Below are positions 45,151-60,393 of a DNA stretch of 64,000 nucleotides, in pieces. The position numbers and the translations under genes were made by a program. The stretch's first letter is position 1, and every line of letters begins with the position of its first letter. The stretch comes from the human T2T-CHM13v2.0 reference genome, Homo sapiens, in the NCBI RefSeq assembly GCF_009914755.1, contig NC_060930.1; one strand, 5' to 3'. The notes under the pieces were generated by a model. That model had not been told where the DNA came from and made no database searches. It was given only the letters and a program-made list of their open reading frames with translations.

Positions 45151-46695
45151 CACAGAACGAATGGGGGAGTTAGCTGATTTTACTTTTTATACTCACTTTT
45201 CTACCCATTTCTCCATGTTTTTCCAGTCTTGTTTCTATTCTCAAAATGCAGAAGTTTTTTTTCTGCAGTGCATACAAGGACTATCTGTTGATTAAAACAG
45301 TTTTTAAAGGATGCTTTCTGCTCTGATTTCTATAACCAGGGCAAAGAGCGTAGCAAAATACCTGTCTTTTTTGTAGCACTGTTAGGTTGGAGATTTAATT
45401 CACTCAGCACTTATGTTTTCAATGCCTGCTATGTGCAAGGTGTTCTGCCAGCCCTCATACAATGTACAAAAATGGTTAAGGCCATCAGCGGGAGGAGCTG
45501 CAGGCTGTGATAAGCTACAGAAAATGTTTAATAGGAGGAGATGTAAACATGGCTCTAAATAAATTCAAGTATAACAAGTCAAATCCTTTTGGAGGAATCA
45601 AGAAAAAGCATCATTAAGGAGGAGTTATTTAAGACAAGCCTTAAAGATGAGTGGGATTTTGACAGGTAGGATTGGAGGAGGAGGTTGTTCTTAAACAAGA
45701 TGCAAAGGACACACAGGCACGTGGGTACAAGGCTTATTATGTTCAAGAAATAGCAAATAGTCCTATCAGCAGGGATGTAGGATTCTTGTGGTGTAGTAAG
45801 GAAAATTGGGGCTGAAAAGTGGATTGTGGTGAAACTGTGGAGAGCTGTGAATGTCACGAGGAAGGATTTAACTTTGTAGAAGGAAGTTAGCATCTTTTGT
45901 GCACTTTTTAGCAGCAATTGCTTGATTTCAACCAAGCATGTCTCTCAATTGTTCCTGTGAATAAGATGGACAGTAATGCTGTTCGATGGATTTATAACTG
46001 GATGTATAAATAAACTGGGGCATGTCCAACATCAACATGAAATTGCAAAGGGCACCAAGCTTCCTTCCTTTTGCATATTTTCTAAACATCCCAGGGGTAA
46101 GTTTCATGAGGGCAGGGATTTAATCTGATGTGTTCCCTGCTGAGTCCTTAGCTAATGCTGAACAGGAGGCTTTGTGAGGGAGAGAAGCCCTGTTGCTGAA
46201 GGAGGAGTTTGATGATCTTTTGCCTGTATCTTCATAGCAGGATACTTGCATTTTAGGGAAGTTAGCAAAATGTTCTCCAGTTCTAAGTTCTGCCATAAAT
46301 TAACCCTGATTCCCCTGTATTCTGTAGTGTTTGAAGGAAACATGATAACCTAGATGTAAAAGCAACCCCTTTAAAGAGTAGCAGTTAGAACATGACAGTC
46401 ATCCATATTGGTCAAACTCATGGTCCAGCCGTAGTTCTCAGGCCGTACACTAAGAATTTTGGAAGGAAACAGGCATGCTCTTACACACACCAACTACAGA
46501 CAGTTAGACCAGCCATTAACATCATTGTAAATGCAAAAAATACGAGTGTGACCTCCAACAGTGAATAAATATCATCCTGCATCCAAGAGATGCAAGGTAA
46601 GAGATGAGCTGCAGCCATCCTTGTTTTTCCTTTAAAGTATTTATGGATCTAGCTTGAACTTACACTGTCACCATGAATATTCTACCTCTTAATAG

Positions 46696-46704
<9 letters not shown>

Positions 46705-46758
<54 letters not shown>
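46705..46758. repeat. Perfect (TA)27 microsatellite
   Basis: Direct count: 54 bp. Confidence 0.97.
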
Positions 46759-46761
<3 letters not shown>

Positions 46762-46775
46762 TTGGGGAGTGTATG

Positions 46776-47060
46776 TTGAGATGCGGTCTCACTATGTTGT
46801 CCAACTTGGAGTGCAGTGGCATGATCATAGCTCACTGCATCCTCAAATTCCTGGGCTCAAATGATCATCCCACCTCAGCCTCCCAAGTAGCTGGGACTAT
46901 AGGCATGCGCCACTACTCCCAGCTAATTTTTAAAAATTTTTTTAGAGACAAGGTCTCTCGATGTTGCCCAGACTGATCTCCAACTCCTGGGCTCAAACAG
47001 TCCTCCTGCCTCAGCCTCCCAAGTAACTGGGACTACAGGCGAGATCTGCCACATCCAGCT
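46776..47060 (-). mobile_element. Alu (AluJo-like)
   Basis: Diverged antisense Alu next to the (TA)n tract. Confidence 0.88.
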
Positions 47061-47495
47061 CAGTATTTTCTTTTATATGATCTCAATTTACTTTCAAACT
47101 TCATACGTCTATCTCCTGTTTTGCATGTTTTGAGAGCAGATGAATGTGTCGATGCTCACCCTGATGACGTGGTGACTTTGATTTGATTCCCTATCTGCTT
47201 GGATGAATGAATGATCCTTTCATCTCTCCATCTCTGCATTTCTCACCCTCCTTTATGCCTGTCCTGCAGAAGGCCCAGGTTCAACAGCACAGTGATCAAT
47301 TGAAGGGCATTCTTCTCTTCCGGTCTCCCTAGGAGCAGCAGCACCAGTCCATGGCTGCAGACATAAACAATATGATGTGTTTTTATATAGGTGATTTATA
47401 ATTTCTCACAAAATACTTACTGATCCTCTCAACAGGTGTTTGTTCCATGATTAGAAGGACATCTACCATTTTGACTCTTTGAGAGCAGTTTCCTG

Positions 47496-48165
<670 letters not shown>

Positions 48166-48846
48166 TTTTTTTAAATTTAATGTTTCTTTGTAGAAAGCGG
48201 CTCTGAAACTAAGTCAGCTGAGGGTGCCAGGGTTGTGTATGTTATCATGGCCCTTGAGGTTATGATTCCAGATCTGAGGACGGTCCTCACGGAGGCCAGA
48301 TGTCTGCTGTGGTTTTCACATGCTGACCTGGCTTGGAAGGGAAAGCCAGGTTTGGGGCATTTCACAAAAATAACATTTTTTTCATTACTCTTGTTTCTCT
48401 CAACATCATCCCTCTCACCACAAGGGGTCAGTCAGCACATTTTGCCTTTGACCAAGGCAAAACGCCAGGCGAGTGATCATCCCTAGGCGGGCCTCGTGTT
48501 CTGAAGGAACTGATGGAGCTCCTGTTGACCTCTTTCTTGCAGCCAAGGGGAATCTGATTTAGTAGATTAGTGATGCTAGACTCTCATTTCTGTTCCAAAT
48601 ATACTGCCAATAGGCCCTTTATTATAGTCCACCATCTTCAGGTGGAGTACCTATAGCTAAGGTTAAGTAATTAAAGGAGATAAGTAATTCCAACTCACTG
48701 CAACTAGTTGGCAAATGACTGAGAAAATTTTGCAACACCTTTATTCATTGGGCACTAAGTGCTGTGCTCATTGACAAGTAACTGCCGATACAGCAGCAGT
48801 TACAAATGGGCCTCTATAGCAGGTGCTGATTAAAAAGTTCATTTGT

Positions 48847-49162
<316 letters not shown>

Positions 49163-49779
49163 TCATTTGTGGTGGTAAGAAGAGAGGTTAGAGGTGTATT
49201 TATTTAGTCCACACTTACTCCGTGTGTCGGCTACAGCCATACGGCACAAGGACCAACTTTAGAAGTCATCTTTGCTTTTTCTTTCCTTGTCTGAAGTCAT
49301 CAGCCAGGGCTGTGTCAGGTTTGGAAATACAGCCCTCTTGGGTTTTATGGCTCTGTGACATTCACGGTTTGGGTTTATTTTCCTTGTTCTCTGGAACTGG
49401 TCGTTTTTGCTTCTTCCACTCCATCAACAGAGACAGTTTTATGAATACACTGCATCTCAATCAGTCTAGCTGCAGAAATAAGTCAGCAAGCAGAGAGCTC
49501 TGTGTGTTTCCCAGCAGGAGCAGCCACCATCATCATTAGAAAGGCAAGAAGTAGTGTGTATCCTCCAACAATTAATAAATATCATGCATCAGATAGATGC
49601 AAAACCATTTATTCAGTGAGGTGCTGTCAAGGGAAAAGAGGCATTTTTATCCCAGGAATCAAGGGAAAGGAGGCATTTTTATTCTAGGATATTTAGAGGT
49701 AAAGAGACAAAATCCCAGGAAGGTTAGATGTCTTCCTCAGGCAGTTAAAAGCAAAGGACGCAGGTTTTCAGACTCCTAG

Positions 49780-50112
<333 letters not shown>

Positions 50113-50933
50113 CCAGTCACTAGTTTTCAATACCGATGTAGTGCGGTGTGCATCAGAACAATACACTGAAACCTAGAAACCTCTCCTGGAGCATTTTGTG
50201 GTGGTGTTTTGTTGCAAGCATGGAGAACCGCCATGGAAGTCTTTCGCAAGCCTCTCTGCTCTATTACTTGATTCACTTTCCAATCACCTCTGCTCTTTTC
50301 CACTGCTTACTTATGATAGTACCACCACATATTAAACACTCTCTGTTGTTTTTTTGGCTTCTACCTTCCCACCCCAGGCTGGAAAGCATCAGGATAGGTG
50401 GATTTTCAGAAGTGTGGTGAAAGCCCTATTAGCAACACTGCAGCTATATAAGGTACTTTGCAATTTACAAAGCACGTTCACGTGATCCTGTCTGACCCTC
50501 CAAACAACCTATGGCAGAGGTGGGGAATGTATTATGATGTTTGTCTCAGAATCAAGACTACATTTGCTGATCTCCTCTGATGCATCAAGGACTGTACGGG
50601 GGGTACTTTATACTCAGGCCTTCTGCTGACCTATATGGAGACTTTGTAAAATTAGAAAAAGTGCCCTGTAGAGGATGCCCCTTCCTCTAGAGTGAATCAG
50701 CCCCACACCAGGGCAGGCCTCAGGCTAGATTTCAACCCTAAGTTCCCCTCAGCACCTTGCATGGAGCTGTGTAGTTATTAATCTATTTACTTCTCATTAC
50801 AGATCTATACTCTGGGCAATACTCCCTTTCTACAGATGAGAAAACTGAGGCTCAGGAAAGCTAAATGTCTTAGGAAGAGTAACAAAGTTTCTTGGTCTTG
50901 GAGCTGTACTTAAACCCCAGCTCTTCTGAGTTC

Positions 50934-51101
50934 CTTTTTTTATTATTATTATTATTATACCTTAAGTTCTAGGGTACATGTGCACAATGTGCAGGTTTGT
51001 TACATATGTATACATGTGCCATGTTGGTGTGCTGCACCCATTAACTGGTCATTTACATTAGGTATGTCTCCTAATGCTATCCCTCAAGGATCTAGAATCA
51101 T
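50934..51101 (-). mobile_element. 5'-truncated L1PA 3' end with TSD
   Basis: ttattataccttaagttctagggtacatgtgcacaatgtgcagg...ctaatgctatccctc; TSD tcttctgagttc at 50922-33 and 51102-13. Confidence 0.92.
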
Positions 51102-51913
51102 TCTTCTGAGTTCTAAGCCAGTGGTGGTTTCACCAGGACATTCTGCCCTCGGCCCACAGCAGAAGCCTCTGCACCTCCTTCCCAGCCCTCCCAGAGCAGT
51201 GCTGGGATAATCTCCTCCTCCACAAGGCTCTGGGCATTTGTTATTTTGCCTATGGAGGGAGTAGCCTCTTTGGAAAGGAATGCCTCTTTCAGGGGTGCTT
51301 CTCAGACTTGATAGATCAGCGTCCCCTAGAGATCTTGCCAGAGGGTCTGGGGTGGGCCCTGAGCATCTGCCTTTCTGATAAGGTCCCAGGCCATGTGGCT
51401 CCTGCTAGTCCATTGGCCACACTTTGACTCGCAGACCTTTAATACAGCAGAAACCAGTCACTGAGTTCCACCTTTTCCCGTTGCCCTGAAGACATGATGA
51501 AAAGATAAACAAACGTTTATTGGGTATCTACTATGCACTAGGCTTAGTTCATTCTAGCAGGTAAAACAGGAGGAAATAGCCACGCTCAGTGAAATTTAAT
51601 AATTACTACATCACACATAGCCCTTGCAAGGAAAAATCAGCAACATGTTAAGAAAAATGAAAGGGATTGAATTGACTCAATAGGCAATGCTGTGACACAG
51701 GGAAGCACGAGGCCTTGGGGGTCCCATGGGCAGGCACCTCAGCCAGCCTCGGGATGATGGGCTTCCTAAAGGAGGCAATTAATAATGAGGATGGTGATAG
51801 CATCAAGAATTATGGTTACTCTCTGTGGAATAACTGTCTGGAGTGTCTGGAGTGTCAGACGCTATGCCACACGGTTTATGTACTTTATTTAATTTTACAA
51901 TTGTCCTATAACA

Positions 51914-52151
51914 CAGGGGTGTCCAACCTTTTGGCTTCCCTGGCCCACATTGGAAGAAGAAGAATTGTCTTGGGCTACACATAAAATATACAAATACTAA
52001 TGATACCTGATGAGTGAAAAAAAAAAAACGAAAGAAAAGAAAAAGATCCGTGCATAAATCCCGTCACGTTTTAAGAAAGTTTACCATTTTGTGTCGGGCC
52101 ACATTCAAAGCTGTCCTGGGTCGCATGCAGGCCGCCGGTTGGACAACCTTG
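51914..52151 (+). mobile_element. MER30 (hAT-Charlie MITE)
   Basis: caggggtgtccaacc...ggttggacaaccttg; 8-bp TSD ctataaca/ccataaca. Confidence 0.9.
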
Positions 52152-52499
52152 CCATAACACATTATTTCACAGATTGGAAAACTGAACATCAAAGAGATTA
52201 AGCAATTTGCTGAAGCCAACAGAACTGAATCAGTGCATGATTTTATAGTTTATCTTATACTTTTTAGACCAACAAATGTTGGTAATGATTTTGTGCCTCT
52301 TTGCCCGATGAGAACTTGCAGCACCAGGTGTCATTTCCATCCAGGTAGATCAGAGTGATCTGGGAGTTTGTTTACAAAGCAGATTCCTGGGCACCACTGT
52401 GGACTTATTGAATCTGAACTCTGAAGGTGAGGCCCGGGAATCTGCCTCTCCCAAGCTTCCCTAATGAGGCTGATGGAAACACTACTTTAAGAAGTTAGC

Positions 52500-53007
<508 letters not shown>

Positions 53008-53558
53008 TCAACTATGTAGGAAAAGCTAATTGTTTGATGAAGTACTTATTGCTTGACACAAAATTTTGAAGAAAGGCTCTTTATGCAAACTTGTCTAAAA
53101 CATCCTTAAAGTTTAGACAAGATATAGATAGAAATAGAATAAAAGATTTTATTTCTATAGATAGAAATAAAATAGAAAAATTCACCCACAAGGATATAAG
53201 ACATCTTATCATTTACAAAAGGCTCAATGACAAATGATTTTTATAAAACTCAATTGGAAGTGCCATTAGACAAATTGGTTTAAGAAGTATCCTTTAATTG
53301 CACATTCTAATGTGGACAAGATAATCATTAGGTGAATAGATTTTAGGCAAATTAGCTTTTAATAAATTGGTTTAGGGAAAATTGCTCTTTTACTTTTTAC
53401 ATGTTGGGAGCATAGAAATAGAATCTGGAAATTATCCCAATGACCCCCCAGGATGGACATTGGTCCAGATGCTGGATGGAACTGATGCATCCTGGCCTTG
53501 AGTGCTGCAGTATCCCTGCCTCAGGCAGCACCATACACCAAGCGATTTAGCACCCTGA

Positions 53559-53954
<396 letters not shown>

Positions 53955-54045
53955 TAAGAAATAGTGCCCTTTTGTTCAGAGAAAAGGACAAAAGTAAGAG
54001 GCCAAGAGTTATTTTTGACTGTGGCTTTTTACAAATGCAATGCTG

Positions 54046-54372
<327 letters not shown>

Positions 54373-55870
54373 TATAATGCTGGAACCCAACCTAGAATCC
54401 CTGAGAAGAGGAATGAGCATCATTGTGATTCTGATGCACCCCCAGTCCTGGTCCTGAGGACCACAGGGCAGTGAGCACGTTCCATCATTGCCCAGCCTCA
54501 GAGTCCTGCTGCAGCACATGTAGGAGGAGCCATCCAGGAACTAGCTGGGAAGACAGGGCTGACCCAAATGGAGCCAGCAGTAACCAGCACAAAACAGAGC
54601 CAAATTCACTGGCGCTGCTGACCACCAGGGTTGTAGGAGTTAAGGGAGGAAAGGCTGCCAGAGGAAAGCGGGTCTTCATTTGCCGCTTGAGGGGCAAATG
54701 CAATTTTTATTATCAAGGAACAGGAAGGCATTTCAGGAGGTGAGTACAGCAAAGGCCCTGAAGAGAGAAGGAGCGTGGTTATCGGGAAATCCAGAGGCCA
54801 GAGTGGACGAGAGAGATGTAAGTGGGAGACTCATAGTAGAGTCCAGACAGAGTCATACTTGGACTTGCAGCATGGACTGAGCATGGAGCCATCATGGACC
54901 TCATGCATGCCCAGCAGGTGCTGTAGGGAGATAGATATCTGGTACAGAGTGGGGACAGATCAGAGGGCTGGGACCGCATTATCCACACGATAAGAGGAGA
55001 TGAGTGTCTAGACTGGTGTAGTGGTCAAGAAGCCAGAGAATACAGAAGTCTGAGTGGGAAAAGGGAGATTAAAAGCTTAGATGGAAGTTCAGAATGACAG
55101 ATAATATGCAGCTGGTTCCAAATCGTGCCTCTAGTTATGTTATGGGGAATGACTTGGTGTTAAGATGTTGTAAAAATATACAAATAGGCATTGCCACTCT
55201 AACAAAGACATGAGCTGCCCAGCCTCTCCTCAGTTATCCACAATTTTGGGGAAAGATAGAGACTGCATGGCTAATTCACAGAAAGCAAGTAATTCTACCT
55301 GATTTTAGCCCTTTTCTTACTTTTGTTCATTTTTATGAAATCCACTGAGCCAAAAATGATTTTAAATGATTCGCTTTTATTCGCTGCCCTTTAATTCATA
55401 GCTATGTGCATCACAATGACCAGAAAGGAGATGCAGCAGGAAAGAAGGAGGGGGGTTCCCCAAGGCCCCAGCATGCCTTTCCTGGAACAGTAAGAACAAC
55501 CGTCTCCACTAACTTGGTCCAGCTGGCCTTTTCTTCCTTGCCTGTTTCCATAGAATTGCTGGGGCTCACTTGGCCAATTTTCTAGTGATGAAACCAAGTA
55601 GGTTTTGCTATGGAAGAAGTCACAAGAAGTGGTGGAATGTTACGAGAAGCTATTGATTAACAAGATGGGCAGAACTCAATATAATCACTGCTCCTTCCTA
55701 GGCAGAGAATTCCACTCTGCCCTCCTGGTTCTTTCTCCTGACCAAGCAAATGAGCACCTACTTGCCTTAGAGAATCAGAGTCTTCAAATGAAGGACTATG
55801 GGTTAAGGGTCCTGGAGCAAAATCCTTAACACCTCAGGACATACTGCATTTGCTAGGTTTGCACTGAAGC

Positions 55871-56165
<295 letters not shown>

Positions 56166-58378
56166 TGCACTGAAGCTTCTAAGAGCTATGTAAGTGGACC
56201 CTTCAGTAAGATGAGCTGGACAATGGTGTTGAGTTTTTCCGTGTCTCAGCACTTTGGAACTAGCTAGCCTGCCTGTTAAGTTCCTGAATGTGGTGACCTT
56301 GCACCATGTGCATGAGGGGTCACAATGAACAGGACAAGCCCTCAGGAATGAACATGCGGAAGCCTGTGGTTATGACTGGTTTGCATTCTGGTGTTGGGGA
56401 GCAATCTTATCAGGCCCCCTGAAATGATTAGAATTTTCTGTGTCTCAGCGGTAGGATCAGAAGTTTAGTGTCCATATGCCACAACTGCGTGATCCTAAAA
56501 TTGTAATCTGTTTCAGGCTCACATCTCCCTCCTAGAGTATCTATTTCTGGGGAAGGTGTGAATTCATCCCACAGCAGATCATCATAACTTTGGCTCATTC
56601 TGTAAACATGATTTGCATCTCTTGTGATGTGAGCTGGTCACTGAACAAGATGCTGAGGTTTGAGGTACAATAATAAATTACACACTGTCACTCTTCTCCG
56701 GGAGAGGAGACAGTTATGTAAACAGGAGGTGCAGCATAGTGTCTTCAGAGACCCTGTTTCATCATCTGTAAACATGAGATAATAATGGCATCTACCTCAG
56801 ACTTGTTGTAAGGATTAAACCGGTTAGAATACAAAGAGCCCTTAGAACAGTATCTGGCACATAGTAAGCATGATAGAAGTCTTGATTATCATGACTGTCG
56901 TCATTCCTGCTATCATCATTAACACGATTAACACGGACATAATATGCATCCACGTTCCCACTCTCTTTCCACAGAGTGGGAAGAGGGATGTAATGATCAA
57001 GGAAGGCTTTTCAGGGGTGATTGTTTGTGAGGTGGATCTTGAAGGGCGACTAGTAATTGACCAAGAAGACAAAACAGAGGAGAATATTCTAAACTGAGGG
57101 AAAGTGACATGCAAAAGCCTAGGGTTATGGGAACATCAGGCAGTTTAGGAAACTCAGCAGTTCAGGAGTGAGGGTGGATGGTCTGGGTAATGGTGAGAAA
57201 AGTGGGCTGGAACTAAATGGGAGGTGGGGAAGCCGTGAGTGCTCCTCTTCAGTTCCTCACTGGGATAGGGAGAGGCATCTGTGGAAGGTGAGGATCCTGG
57301 AGGAGGCTGGGGAAGACTGCAGCAGCTCTTGGGAGAATGGCCAAGGCCACCTGGTCAACTTTGTTGAGCATGGAGACCCTGAATCCATGGGCCACCAAAT
57401 AAGTAGAATCCACAGGAGAAGTGATCTGGGCCATAGGAGAGATTCTGCTCCAGCTTTTCAGGTGCCATAGGTAAGGTTATTTCCAACTGGGGGAACCAGA
57501 GCAGACTTTATAGAGGTACAATGTGGACATGAAGAGATGAACCAAGCAGGAGCCAGCCCATGGAAGGCCTTGAATGATGTATCAGGAAGGTTTAGTCCAT
57601 GGATGGGTTTTAAACTGGGGAGCTACGTAATCAGATTTGTGCTCTAGGAATGTCATTTTGGCAGGACTGTAAGTTAGACTGGAGGAAGGCCACGTTCAAG
57701 GCAGATAGATCATTAGAGAAGAATCTATGGCCTCCGAGATGGAGAGTCAGAACTGCGTGGTGCTCCCCAACACGGGGTGCCAGTGGGGCATTGAGACTCC
57801 CTACTCCTCCCTGCTGTGCTGTTCCAGACCATGCTTCTCCCAGGCAAGCCTACAACCCACAGGGTTCAACCAGGTTCCCCTCCAGAAATGTGGGGTATGG
57901 CAGCAGGCTACATCTTCCCAGAAATGCCCTGGGGTCTAGTCTGACCCTGAGCCCCTCAAATGTGGAGCATCTCTAGGAAGCTCAATGGCATTGTCATGGA
58001 ACCCAGCAGTTGGTCCTAGGTAGGTTCCAGCAGCCTGGAATCCCCTGTGGGAGCCTCCTTACTGTTTCAGTAGCCCACACTTGAGTGGGCCCACCAGTCC
58101 AGCAGTCACTCTCACTCCTGCCCCACTCGTGCACCCAAGCCAGCATCTGCAAAAACTAATCTTCACAAAGCATCCTCTCAAAGCAGGATGGTCGTCCCTA
58201 GGTGATGGAAGAGGGAATTAAGGTTGGCAGCAGTAAAGGCACTTGCAGAGTGGCATGCTGTTGGTGGACTTGACCCTAGGGCTGGCTTTAAATCCCATGC
58301 CTGTTGGGAAGTTCCAGCTTTGAAAGGATCTGTTCACATCATAATGGCAAAATTGTAGACATATATTGTAGACTAGCA

Positions 58379-58832
58379 TGTCTTGGTCTGTTTTGTGTTG
58401 CTGTAACAATACCTGAGGCCAGGTAATTTGTGAAGAAAAGAGATTTCTTTAGCTCACAGTTCTGCAGACTGGGAAGTATGAGAAACATGGTGCTTCTGGT
58501 GAGGGCCTCTGGCTGCTTCCACCTATGCAGGAAAGCAGAAGGGGAGCTGGTGTGTGCAGAGAGCACATGGCAAGAGAGGAAGCAAAGGAGAGAAACTGAG
58601 GAACCCAGACTCTTCTTAACAACCCACTCTTCCTTGGGAACTAGTCCGTTCCTGGGAGAGCTCGAACTCGCTCACACCCACCACTAATCTATTCATGAGG
58701 GATCCACACCCGTGACCCAAATGCCTCCCACTAGGCCCCACCTGTTAAAGGTTCCACCTCCCGACATCCTTACATTGACAATTATAGTTCACCATGAGTT
58801 TTTGCAGGGACAAACTGCATCCAAACCATAGT
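58379..58832 (-). mobile_element. MST-type MaLR solo LTR
   Basis: tgtcttggtctgttttgtgttgctgtaac...gctcacagttctgcag...cctcccactaggccccacct...catccaaaccatag. Confidence 0.85.
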
Positions 58833-59149
58833 TTGGCGTATCCTAGCAAAGGTTTCCTTGACAGTCCATGGGTGTCCATGAGCAGAAGAGCTCATCACAT
58901 GCCTCCTTCCTCCTGCCTCACTATCTGGGCCGCTCCCAAGTCTCTGACATACTGTGCATTAGACACCACTAATGTCTGGGTTCCTGAAGGCCCTTATGGC
59001 CAGTGCAAGTGCACTTGGAGTAGGAAACAAGAGTCAATGGATACTTGCTGAGTAGCACTCATCACGCTGGTGCCTCCAACTGACGCATTTTACCTAAGAG
59101 GCTCAACTCATTGGCCACAGTCTCCAGGTGAGCGCATCTGGTGTTCTGA

Positions 59150-59527
<378 letters not shown>

Positions 59528-59784
59528 TAAAGGTGGGCACCAAGAGGGAGGACGGGAGGAGAGGGGTTGGCTGGGGAGGGGGGCCTAGGGATTTGGACCA
59601 TGACTTAGGAATGTGAACAAGGGGTCATCCCCACTGGGGGAAAATGTTTGAAAGTAAAATGAGACAAAAAACTGAAGGTCAAAGCATGGAAAAAAAAAAT
59701 GTTGCCAATTGAAAAGCTCTGGAATAATCACATTTATCGGAAAGAAAAACTAACATTCATGTATATATGTATATGCTTATATAT

Positions 59785-60393
59785 ACACACAGTCCTCAGT
59801 GTCATTAGTAGGTTCGTGAAAATTGCAACTTCAGTAAAATAAAATCTAACAAAACCAACTTAACCATAGACTAATTGATATAAACAAGACTTAAGTTCCT
59901 ATAGCATATTTCTGGTCACAAAAATATCACCAAACTTCTAAATAAAGACCACAACACTTCTAATATTAAACATTGAAATAAATGTGAGCTGTACATACAT
60001 TTAAGAAAGGTTAATAAAAACAAAGAAGATGATTACCCAATTATTCCAGTTCCGGGTGGTGGCTAGCCAGAGCATGTCCTAGCAGCCCAAGGCACAAGGC
60101 AAGATCTGGCCCTGGTCAGACATCATCCCCTCACAGGGCACACTTACACCCACACCCACACCCACACTCACTCAGACCTAGGACAGTGTAGACATGCCAT
60201 TTCACCTGACATATACATCTTAGGGATGTGAGAGGAAACCTGAGTACACGGAGAAAACCCATGCAGTCGTGGGGAGAACGTGCAGACTCCACACAGACGA
60301 TGGCCCCAGCTGGGAATCAGTTTGTTTTTTTTTTCTCATCAATGTTATGGCAAAATGACATTGAATGAAATGACCTTATTCAAGGACCTGCTG
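59785..60393 (-). mobile_element. MER6A (TcMar-Tigger)
   Basis: ggggagaacgtgcagactccacacagac core; terminus ttattcaaggacctgctg followed by TA; about 600 bp. Confidence 0.82.
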
